Shown here piece by piece: positions 1-7,703 of a stretch of 16,217 bases of DNA (its first letter is position 1; every line of letters begins with the position of its first letter). Location: assembly GCA_043739185.1 (NCBI GenBank), contig JAYUEN010000196.1, positions 1 through 16,217 on the forward strand, read 5' to 3'. The notes beneath the pieces were generated by a model. That model was not told the origin of the DNA. It ran no database searches and saw only the letters and a list, made by a program, of their open reading frames with translations. The DNA comes from Bdellovibrionales bacterium (GTDB lineage: Bacteria; Bdellovibrionota; Bdellovibrionia; Bdellovibrionales; JAMPXM01). A program made the position numbers and the translations under genes.

Positions 1-60
1 TTTTTTAAGTCCAAAACCAGACCCGAAAAACTCCCAAATAACGCAAAAGCTTAAAAATAC

Positions 61-69
61 TTATCCACA
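61..69 (+). promoter_or_regulatory. DnaA box (single, perfect consensus TTATCCACA)
   Basis: Exact 9/9 match to the DnaA box consensus, 10 nt upstream of a -10-like TATAAG (80-85). Only one copy, so function is uncertain. Confidence 0.45.
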
Positions 70-103
70 GGAATTCAACTATAAGAAGAAAGAACCCGCA
101 GTG

Positions 104-175
104 ATGGCATTTCGTGGCAGCAGCGGCGGTCGGCCGTTTCGCAGTTTCAGTATCAGTCTTTGGTGGGTCAGATAA
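104..175 (+). CDS. Possible leader peptide MAFRGSSGGRPFRSFSISLWWVR
   Basis: ATG 104, TGG TGG 161-166, TAA 173-175. No clear Shine-Dalgarno. The frame is open from base 2, so it could also be the tail of a gene entering the window. Confidence 0.2.
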   Translation: MAFRGSSGGRPFRSFSISLWWVR

Positions 176-377
176 TTTAGACACTACACAAGGTATAGGA
201 TTCTATCTGATTGGATGCGCTTTAGCTCATTTTCCCTCAACACGACATTGGTATACGGCATTAAGAAATCCATGCCGCCGTATACCTAGGTTCTGTTGGG
301 GGAAAACGAACTCTTTGTTTCTGTGAAACTGAATTTATTATCTAAATGCAAAAAGGCCGATCGCGATCGGCCTTTTT
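142..377 (+). ncRNA. Candidate structured non-coding RNA of unknown class
   Basis: Nested complementarity: 142-149 CAGTTTCA with 324-331 TGAAACTG; 166-174 with 204-212; long hairpin 230-261 with 272-306. G-U pairs in the core stems favour the + strand. Ends at a terminator carrying a + strand T-tract. Boundaries are approximate. Confidence 0.4.
350..377. terminator. Bidirectional intrinsic terminator
   Basis: Perfect 28-bp palindrome AAAAAGGCCGATCGCGATCGGCCTTTTT with a T5 tract on both strands, 28 nt past the stop of the 406..867 (-) gene. Confidence 0.85.
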
Positions 378-405
378 AAGGAACTCAAAAATTACATCTA
401 TATTA

Positions 406-867
406 TTAGAGAGACTTATCAGATTGGCAAAGCAGACGGTAACTATAGTGTCCGCCACCTTCTCCGTCAGAAGAAAATCCAATGATGACGCCATTTTCAC
501 CTGCACCAAGACCCACACCCAAATTGCGGATTGATTGCAAATAAGCATTGGCTAGATTTGCTGGTAAAATGAGAGTATCGCCATTTTGAAGACTGTATTT
601 TACATCTCCTTTATATGGACTATGAACTGAAGTTTCGATTTTGCCTTTGATTGTACCCAATGTATTTTGTTCGCTGCCATCAACTCCCCCTTGATTTGCA
701 TTTTTGTACAAGAATTTAATATCAGAAAGAGTGGTGTTTGATTTAATAGTTGCCGTCATAAATGGAGTGGCAACTTTTGAGAAATTGACTTCCCAGCACT
801 GAAGTGTTGAAGCGAAACTTGAACTTGCAACGAAAAGACCTGCGATTGTAGCTAAAATGCTTTTCAT
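406..867 (-). CDS. Secreted hypothetical protein (153 aa)
   Basis: Sec signal peptide MKSILATIAGLFVASSSFA; strong SD GAGGAG; downstream terminator; two Cys, near the N- and C-termini of the mature chain. Confidence 0.85.
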   Translation of the reverse strand: MKSILATIAGLFVASSSFASTLQCWEVNFSKVATPFMTATIKSNTTLSDIKFLYKNANQGGVDGSEQNTLGTIKGKIETSVHSPYKGDVKYSLQNGDTLILPANLANAYLQSIRNLGVGLGAGENGVIIGFSSDGEGGGHYSYRLLCQSDKSL

Positions 868-1039
868 AAATTACTCCTCTTTAATTATTGGCTAGTCGAA
901 CTTCGGTAGCCGGTTTTGTTGAAACAGGTTCTACCAGAGGTATTTAGTTAAGTATTAGAGTGAAGGTCTTAAATTATTATGCATTTTAGACATAATAAGT
1001 GGAGCAAAGCATACTCCATTTATCAAATGAATTTTCTAC

Positions 1040-1534
1040 CTAATTTCCGCCGTTACCTGAGCCTTCGCCGTACAAGACATTGTTGATCGCAACAAAGCCT
1101 CCGAGATGGCCTCCGGTTGTTTTGTGAACCCAATGAAGAATTGCTCCGTCGGGAGAGGGCGGATAGTTTGAGGTTGGACGATTTGCAGTGATATAATCTC
1201 CGCATGCTTCAACTGTCATGCCAAGACTGAGGGCCGGCAAAGCACCAAAGCTTTGATTGTAAACAACTTCAATAGTGTCATTGGGGCCAGAACCTATTTT
1301 AACTTCAAAGTGATTGTGACCAGAATGATCTGCGAATAGATGACTGACAATCCCTTTGATGTGAGCACGCGTGAGATATTGATTGGGGGTTGAGACCTTA
1401 TATTTTAAAACTTGGCCATCATCAATGGGCATGGCTTGGCTTTGGCTATTGAGGCAATTTGGAATTTGCGTCTGAGCCAATGAAAAATTGAAAGACAATA
1501 AGAGCAGTAATATTCCTGAGCCGACCTTGATCAC
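1040..1534 (-). CDS. DUF3465 domain-containing secreted protein
   Basis: GTG start with a GGGGAG SD; signal peptide. Motifs GIVSHLFAD..H.HF.V, G..VEACGDY and GAILHWVH...H.GGFV match the DUF3465 G.IHWTH signature. Confidence 0.75.
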   Translation of the reverse strand: MIKVGSGILLLLLSFNFSLAQTQIPNCLNSQSQAMPIDDGQVLKYKVSTPNQYLTRAHIKGIVSHLFADHSGHNHFEVKIGSGPNDTIEVVYNQSFGALPALSLGMTVEACGDYITANRPTSNYPPSPDGAILHWVHKTTGGHLGGFVAINNVLYGEGSGNGGN

Positions 1535-1854
1535 AGAAACTCCCCCTGGTTTTTTAAAAAACCTTATTTGTTTTTATAAAAGCCCTTCATCGTGAAGCCT
1601 TTTAGTGGTCGAAAGCTCATCACCAGCCCAAAACTATTTCAAGCGCTAAAATCAGATGACACGATGTTAATAAGAGATCCTAACCAAAATCCGACAAAGC
1701 TGCTTGCTCGCTCTTTTTGTCAGCTGTCGTAAAGATCGACGATTGAATCTCAAGTCGTTAATTATTTTAGCTTATGTTTTGAATTTTACATTTGAGCTTC
1801 ATTCACGGCGAGACTTAAAAGCGGCTATTAAGCCTGCAAAGGCTTGAATTATTC

Positions 1855-1870
1855 TGGCCCCTAGATTGCT
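1855..1870 (+). promoter_or_regulatory. Sigma-54 (RpoN) -24/-12 promoter
   Basis: TGGCCCC-TAGA-TTGCT with GG (1856-57) and GC (1868-69) exactly 10 nt apart, 46 nt upstream of ATG 1917. Confidence 0.65.
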
Positions 1871-1916
1871 CATTTCACCATTCATTAAGATCTAAAAACC
1901 TATTTTGTGAGGAATT

Positions 1917-4019
1917 ATGAAACTTATCAGCCGAATTATTTTATCAATTATATTGATGTTAGCCAGCGGGCCAGGTCATGCAGTTCCACTTTTGACTTTA
2001 GATGCTTCAGGTCAGGACGGTAGACAAGCAACTCCCGGAAGAGATCATTCGGGCACTCAAGCTGCAGAAGGATCAAATGGCAGTGTTTTTCCTGATGCCA
2101 ACGCAAATGGAGCTACTGCTTCTAACGGACAAAATGGCGGTCTAATAGATGTGACGGCCACTTCGCCCGTGAGTGGTACAGTTTTGATTACCGGAACTGT
2201 GAATAGTCCACAAAACGGAAATTCTTCTCCCAATACAAGCGTAACTTACGCAAATACTTCTGCTGTGATTTTACTTGATGCGAGCGGCGGAAATGCGGCT
2301 CCTGGAGGAATTGGCGGCGGTGGACAAATGGGCGGTAAAGGTTACGATGGCGATGATGCTGAAGCGCCAAATAAGGAAGCTACCCCCGGTGAAAAAGGTG
2401 CGCGTGGCGGCCAAGGCGGAAATGGTACCCCAGCTACTCAAGCCGGAAACTCTGGTAATATTAATTTACGATTCAAAAAAGCTGATGCCCATCTTGCGAT
2501 GTTGTTTCAAGCAAATGTTTCAGGTGGCGCCTATGGTCCCGCTGGTGTAAACGGTGCTGGCGGACCCGGCGGCCAGGGCGGAACCGGTGGAAACGGGGTC
2601 AACTGGACTGAGCAAGGTCAAGTGGGCTCGAATCAAGAAGAAATGAATGTTCTCGATGCTAACGGACAACCAATTCCGAAAACAGAAACTGTAATGGTAG
2701 ATGATTATGAGGACCAAGTTCAGGGTCAAAAGCCAGCAGACGATGGCAGCTTAGATGCTGATGGCAATCCAATTATGGTAGACAATGTTGTACGTGTGCA
2801 AGTGGGCAGCCATCCAGAACAACAACCAGTGCTAGATGCCAACAATCAGCCTGTTTATGAAACGACTGTTGTTGATGTTCCGGTTATGGGTCAAATACCG
2901 ATGTCACTGCCTGAGGCAGGCAATGGTCCACAAGGTGATCCGGGCAACCCAGGTGTAGGTAATATCACTGGTTCACGTGCAGGAAATGTTGGTAATTTCA
3001 CAATGTTTGTTACCAATCCTGATGGCACAATTTCTCAGTTCAAGAGCCGTTACAATTTAGTTGTTACTGGTTATACGCTTGCTGCGGGATCAAACAACGG
3101 AATATTTCAACCTGGAGACAATGTCGTTGTCAGCGGAATCAGAGTTAAGAATATGAGTCCAGATATGCCATCACCAGCCGGTCAAAATGCTTTAATGACC
3201 ATTGATGATGCTGGATGGATTGTTTCTGGTACTCAGTCGTTAACAATTCCGACTGAAATTCAACCACTCCAAGAAATTACGATTCCCGGAAATTTCAATC
3301 TCGCTATTCGCGATACACAAATCACTCAAGGTATGAGTACAACAGCTACGGTATATCCGGATATTATGCTTCAAGGAGTGAATCGACACTTTGAAGCTTT
3401 GGGCACTCTACAACAGTCTTTTACAGTAGCGTATCCAGTTACAATTAAGATGACGTCTCCTGACCTTTCGAAAATGGATCCTAAAGGCGTAGCAACAATT
3501 ACTTATCAAATCACCAATTCAGGTAGGCGCGCAATCGGAGCCCAAGCTGATTTAGCTCGAGCTGTTCAATTGGTTATAAGATCAGCCGGAGGACAAACTC
3601 TAGATCCAAGTCAAATCATTATTTATGATTCAAACGGACGCCCGGTTCCCGCTGGACAAAGTGTGATTACTGACATTCCCTCGATTGCTGCAGGCCAAAC
3701 TATCACAATGCAAACGAAAATTTCTATCGGCGCCAATGCTCCTCGAAATACCAATGGTCAGATCATAGCTGAGCTTCACATACAAAGTCCTGCGACTCCC
3801 GCGACCACTCATATTGCGGATATGGCATTTACGCCAGTCGCGATTGAAGGCATGATTTCAGGAATATTTCATAAGCTCAATCCTTTTCAACAACAACAAA
3901 CGCGTCCCCGTATTGATCCCGCTGTCGTTGCAATGCAGGCATCTCAGCAAAGAGCCGCGACAAGTCGCAAACCAGTTGGTCCGATTTATACTTGTGAAGA
4001 ATGGATTCAAGCTAATTAG
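1917..4019 (+). CDS. Secreted collagen-like / Gly-rich repeat protein with C-terminal beta-sandwich domains (700 aa)
   Basis: SD GAGGA; signal peptide ending GHA; several Gly-X-Y runs (e.g. GEKGARGGQGGNG, GAGGPGGQGGTGGNG); two beta-rich segments resembling Ig/CARDB-like folds (NNGIFQPGD.V.V..I.VKN; ITYQITNSG...I..IAAGQT). Confidence 0.85.
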   Translation: MKLISRIILSIILMLASGPGHAVPLLTLDASGQDGRQATPGRDHSGTQAAEGSNGSVFPDANANGATASNGQNGGLIDVTATSPVSGTVLITGTVNSPQNGNSSPNTSVTYANTSAVILLDASGGNAAPGGIGGGGQMGGKGYDGDDAEAPNKEATPGEKGARGGQGGNGTPATQAGNSGNINLRFKKADAHLAMLFQANVSGGAYGPAGVNGAGGPGGQGGTGGNGVNWTEQGQVGSNQEEMNVLDANGQPIPKTETVMVDDYEDQVQGQKPADDGSLDADGNPIMVDNVVRVQVGSHPEQQPVLDANNQPVYETTVVDVPVMGQIPMSLPEAGNGPQGDPGNPGVGNITGSRAGNVGNFTMFVTNPDGTISQFKSRYNLVVTGYTLAAGSNNGIFQPGDNVVVSGIRVKNMSPDMPSPAGQNALMTIDDAGWIVSGTQSLTIPTEIQPLQEITIPGNFNLAIRDTQITQGMSTTATVYPDIMLQGVNRHFEALGTLQQSFTVAYPVTIKMTSPDLSKMDPKGVATITYQITNSGRRAIGAQADLARAVQLVIRSAGGQTLDPSQIIIYDSNGRPVPAGQSVITDIPSIAAGQTITMQTKISIGANAPRNTNGQIIAELHIQSPATPATTHIADMAFTPVAIEGMISGIFHKLNPFQQQQTRPRIDPAVVAMQASQQRAATSRKPVGPIYTCEEWIQAN
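2619..2888 (+). repeat. Intragenic duplicated ~30-aa unit with three LDA(N/D)(G/N)(Q/N)P motifs
   Basis: QVGSNQEEMNVLDANGQPIPKTETVMV (from 2619) and QVGSHPEQQPVLDANNQPVYETTVVDV (from 2799) lie 180 nt apart and both begin CAAGTGGGC. A third motif, LDADGNP, starts at 2751. Confidence 0.75.
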
Positions 4020-4036
4020 TTTTGAAATTTAAAATT

Positions 4037-4879
4037 TTAAAAAGCATAGCGGGCGTTGAGTAGAAGACTAAATAAGTCATCTTCTTTAACGCCTGCTTTT
4101 TTAGTTAAAGCATCAATTGGTACAGTATAACTAAAATAAGGCATCAAGCTTAAGCTTTTCGAAGTTGCGAAAGAAGCATAATAGGCGAGTAAAATATAAT
4201 TGGTGAAGTCGCCTCCGGTATAATAATGAGTGAACCCGACTTGGCCTCCAAATTTATTTTCATTCATTTTCATTTCGTAAATACTACTTACAGAGCTGCT
4301 AAAACTACCGCTTGTGCTCACTCCTGGATCAAAAGTGATGGGACCATAATAAGTGCTGTCGAATTTAAATACCAATAGGGAGGTTTCATCGAGCCTTCGT
4401 TGCCAAGCAATTTGTGGAGTATAAATATTCCCGCCATAGTAGCGTTTGGTACTGCTGGCATTACCCGGACTTATGCTTAATAAAAAACTCGCAAAAAACT
4501 TTCTTTGGTTTTTGAGCTCAAATTGAGACTTCAATTGCAAGGCAATATTTGAAACTCCGGTGGCGGTCGATTCAAAACTTGAAATCTGCGTACTAGCACT
4601 CCCGAAATCATCACTTAAAGATAAGCTCAATTCCTTACTGAAACCATATTCAAGGCCGTAGCCGATAGTCTTGCTCGAAATTGTTTCAGTAAAAGAGTTT
4701 GCGACAAAAATCATTTGGCTTAAAGTCGGTGTGAGTGAGCCCACCCATTGCTTTTCACGGGCCTGAGCGAGAATTTCGGCCTCTTCATAGTTCATTACCT
4801 CTGAAAGGACTTCGGCTCTTAATTGCAAACTTGAAAACAACAAGAGGATACAAAGCATAGTGGTGTATAAAAATTTAAT
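4037..4879 (-). CDS. Outer-membrane beta-barrel protein (start uncertain: ATT 4879, ATG 4858 or ATG 4909)
   Basis: Signal peptide ending LRA; alternating amphipathic strands (LEYGFSKELSLSL, GVSNIALQLK); C-terminal BAM-type motif LNARYAF. Confidence 0.8.
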   Translation of the reverse strand: MKFLYTTMLCILLLFSSLQLRAEVLSEVMNYEEAEILAQAREKQWVGSLTPTLSQMIFVANSFTETISSKTIGYGLEYGFSKELSLSLSDDFGSASTQISSFESTATGVSNIALQLKSQFELKNQRKFFASFLLSISPGNASSTKRYYGGNIYTPQIAWQRRLDETSLLVFKFDSTYYGPITFDPGVSTSGSFSSSVSSIYEMKMNENKFGGQVGFTHYYTGGDFTNYILLAYYASFATSKSLSLMPYFSYTVPIDALTKKAGVKEDDLFSLLLNARYAF

Positions 4880-5073
4880 ATAGGCTCCTATTTCAAATAT
4901 TAAGACCATATTTTAGCTTGGAGCTCAAGCAAAAGGCCTCTTCAAATCTCATCGCCAATTGATTCCTATTTTTGATAGCTGAGTCGTGACTTGACCCCAA
5001 TTTAAATTTCGCTGATGGTAGCGATTAATGCATTGAATTACGAAATGTTAGCAGGCACCTCGCGGAGGATTTT

Positions 5074-7647
5074 TTGCTTTTAATCCCAAAATTCGAAGAC
5101 TTAGCAAAGGCTGACGCCGGTGACTTAATTTTAGATCGATTTTTGAGTCATTTGAGTGAGAAGGGACTCAGTCTCTATCCGGCTCAAGAAGAAGCGATTT
5201 TGGCTTTGCTGTCTGGTGAAAATGTTATTTTAAATACGCCCACCGGAAGTGGTAAAAGTTTGGTTGCTGAAGCCCTCATTTACTCTTCAATTTCACTCGG
5301 AAAGCGCTCAGTCTATACCTGTCCCATTAAAGCCTTAGTAAATGAAAAATTTTTGAATTTATGTAAACTCTTTGGCGCTGAAAACGTAGGGCTTGCAACC
5401 GGTGATGGAAGTGTCAATCGTGATGCACCCATTTTGTGTTGCACGGCTGAGATCTTATCTAATTTAGCTTTGCATGAGGGCTCGGCAACTAAAATTGATG
5501 ATATTGTAATGGATGAATTTCATTATTATTCGGATCGCGAACGCGGGATGGCTTGGCAAATTCCACTTCTTGAACTTTCAAACGCAAGATTTTTGTTGAT
5601 GTCAGCAACTCTTGGCGATATGGATTTTTTCAAAAATCAGCTTTCTCAGCTTACGCATCGTGAAACGCGTATTGTAGTCGGTGGAGATCGACCGGTTCCC
5701 TTGGAATTTGAGTATCGTGCGGAAACGCATTTGCACGAAAGTATTTTAGAATTAATTGGCGCTGGCAAGGCACCAATTTATTTAGTTAATTTTACGCAAA
5801 ATTTAGCAGCGGATGAGGCGCAAAATCTCATGAGTATCGATTTTCTTTCAAAGGAGCAAAAAAAAACTCTGCTTGAGAGACTCAAAGATATTTCCTTTCG
5901 CTCTCCCTATGGCAAGGAACTCGCAAGATTTTTAAAACATGGCGTGGGGGTTCATCACGCAGGGCTACTTCCAAGGTATCGCATCTTAGTTGAAAAGCTT
6001 GCGCAAGAAGGTCATTTGAAGGTCATATCTGGTACGGATACCCTTGGAGTAGGGGTGAACATCCCTATACGAACCGTGCTCTTTACTAAGCTGTGTAAAT
6101 ATGACGGCGAAAAAACAGCTATTTTAACGAGTCGAGATTTTCATCAAATATCAGGACGCGCCGGCAGAAAAGGTTTTGATGATAAGGGTTTTGTGGTTGC
6201 ACAGGCTCCTGAACATATGATTGAAAACATAAAATTAGAGAGAAAAGCTGCGGCGAATCCGGCTAAAGCGAAGAAAATTGTAAAAGCGAAGCCTCCTGAA
6301 AAAGGCTTCGTCATTTGGTCCAAAGATACTTTTCAAAAATTAATTTCTTCAAAACCCGAGCCCCTGATATCGCGTTTTAGAGTAGATCATAGCTTAGTGC
6401 TTTCAGTGCTCTCACGAAAGTTTGATGATGGCTGCAAGGCACTTCAAAAATTGATTCGCTTGAGTCATGAAACTGACTTATTAAAAAAGAAACATCGTGC
6501 AAGAGCCTTTGAATTATTTAGATCCTTGGTTGACCGAAAAATTATTAGTTTGAATCCCCTAAGAGTTCTTGTTGATTTGCAACAGGATTTTTCTCTTCAT
6601 CAAAGTCTGTCCTTGTGGTTAATCGATACTTTAAAACTCCTTGATCGTGATTCTCTCAGCTATGCGCTTGATGTGATCACTTTGTGTGAAGCGATTTGCG
6701 AATCTCCAGATTTGATTTTACGTAAACAAACCGATCGTGTGCGACAGGCCCTTTATCTCAAGCTTCGTGAAGAGGGTGTTGAGTTTGAAGAGCGCCAAGA
6801 GAAATTAGATGCGGTTGAGCACCCGAAGCCACTACGAGATTTTATCTACTCAAGTTTTAATGATTGGTCAGACAAACATCCCTGGGTTGGAGGGGAAAAT
6901 ATTCGGCCAAAATCAATCATTCGTGAAATGCTTGAAAATGGCTATGGTTTTGCGGATTACATTCGAGAATACGAATTGAGTCGCGCAGAAGGGGGCCTTC
7001 TCAGAACTATAAATGAAGTCTTTAAGGTGCTCTCCCAGACGGTACCAGATTCATTTAAAAATGAAGAATTAAAAGAGATCGAAGACGAATTAGCCCTGAT
7101 CATTAGGTCTGTAGATTCCTCTTTGCTTGAAGAGTGGGACCGTTTGAAATCCAATTTTGTTGAGTTGGGTGGTAAGTCAGAGGCCAAAGCATTGGCCAAA
7201 GAATTGTTAAGTGAAGCCGAAATGCAATCCGCAAGAGAGAAGGAGATGGCATTTCGGGCAGCACTTCGAAGACGAATTAAGGCCGAAATTTTTAGAATCT
7301 TGGGAGCTCTGGGGACAAGTGACACAGAAGAGGCATTTCAAATCCTTCAGGACTGGAAGCATTTGAAGATTACTGAGATTGGCTTTTCTACTCAAGTGCA
7401 ATTTGAAGCCCAAGAGCTTTCAAAATGGTCGGCTTCAAGTTTTGAAGCCTTTTTACGCGAACTAAAGGATGCGGGCTTCACAGGAATTCGAACTGATTTA
7501 GCGGCTCGAAACGCAAGTCTGTGTAGTTGGAGTTTTAATAAAACCGGAGAATTACAAGTAGAACAAAAAATACTAGATTTAAATAGTGAAGAAATGGCAT
7601 TTTTTAAAATGAAGCTTATTTCAGATCCGACAGTTTTAAAATATTAA
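5074..7647 (+). CDS. Ski2-like DExH-box helicase with DUF3516 domain
   Basis: TTG start with a GGAGG SD. Q motif LYPAQEEA, Walker A TPTGSGKS, PIKALVNEK, DEFH, MSAT, GVGVHHAGLLP, GTDTLGVGVNIP, HQISGRAGRKG. The C-terminal QDFSLHQSLS, HPWV...IRPKSI and VDSSLLEEW motifs are typical of DUF3516. Confidence 0.93.
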   Translation: MLLIPKFEDLAKADAGDLILDRFLSHLSEKGLSLYPAQEEAILALLSGENVILNTPTGSGKSLVAEALIYSSISLGKRSVYTCPIKALVNEKFLNLCKLFGAENVGLATGDGSVNRDAPILCCTAEILSNLALHEGSATKIDDIVMDEFHYYSDRERGMAWQIPLLELSNARFLLMSATLGDMDFFKNQLSQLTHRETRIVVGGDRPVPLEFEYRAETHLHESILELIGAGKAPIYLVNFTQNLAADEAQNLMSIDFLSKEQKKTLLERLKDISFRSPYGKELARFLKHGVGVHHAGLLPRYRILVEKLAQEGHLKVISGTDTLGVGVNIPIRTVLFTKLCKYDGEKTAILTSRDFHQISGRAGRKGFDDKGFVVAQAPEHMIENIKLERKAAANPAKAKKIVKAKPPEKGFVIWSKDTFQKLISSKPEPLISRFRVDHSLVLSVLSRKFDDGCKALQKLIRLSHETDLLKKKHRARAFELFRSLVDRKIISLNPLRVLVDLQQDFSLHQSLSLWLIDTLKLLDRDSLSYALDVITLCEAICESPDLILRKQTDRVRQALYLKLREEGVEFEERQEKLDAVEHPKPLRDFIYSSFNDWSDKHPWVGGENIRPKSIIREMLENGYGFADYIREYELSRAEGGLLRTINEVFKVLSQTVPDSFKNEELKEIEDELALIIRSVDSSLLEEWDRLKSNFVELGGKSEAKALAKELLSEAEMQSAREKEMAFRAALRRRIKAEIFRILGALGTSDTEEAFQILQDWKHLKITEIGFSTQVQFEAQELSKWSASSFEAFLRELKDAGFTGIRTDLAARNASLCSWSFNKTGELQVEQKILDLNSEEMAFFKMKLISDPTVLKY

Positions 7648-7703
7648 TTAATTTATCGGTAAGAACCAAATATTAGCTTCACGAGTAGGATGAGTAGGTA
7701 TTT

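Noticed and set aside
11..52. c-di-GMP-I riboswitch-like words (CAAAACC..GAAA..ACGCAAAAGC)
   Set aside because: The bases flanking GAAA do not pair and no P3 stem follows.
55..100. oriC
   Set aside because: Only one DnaA box, no DnaA-trio run in the expected orientation, and no dnaA or dnaN in view.
90..377. tmRNA, RNase P, SRP or 6S RNA identity for the structured region
   Set aside because: No tRNA-like ends or ALAA-stop tag, no GAGGAAAGUCC, no SRP loop motif. The fold is too asymmetric and weakly closed for a typical 6S RNA.
114..548. ORFs 114..326 (+), 346..534 (+) and 342..548 (-)
   Set aside because: No SD or recognisable motifs. They overlap the structured element, the terminator or the better-supported 406..867 gene.
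889..920. Hairpin GGCTA..TAGCC followed by GTTTTGTT on the + strand
   Set aside because: Both flanking genes are on the - strand and no + strand transcript is evident. At most it is a 5' UTR stem of the 406..867 gene.
1576..1624. Fluoride-riboswitch-like string on the - strand (GGTGATGAGCTTTCGACC...CTTCACGATGAAGGGCTTTTA) upstream of the DUF3465 gene
   Set aside because: P1 needs a bulge, the pseudoknot would rely on three G-U pairs, the conserved URAU linker is missing, and the downstream gene is not fluoride-related. A simple hairpin at 1577-1604 explains it.
7683..7698. Direct repeat GAGTAGG x2 before the HD gene
   Set aside because: Too short, and it overlaps the ribosome-binding region.
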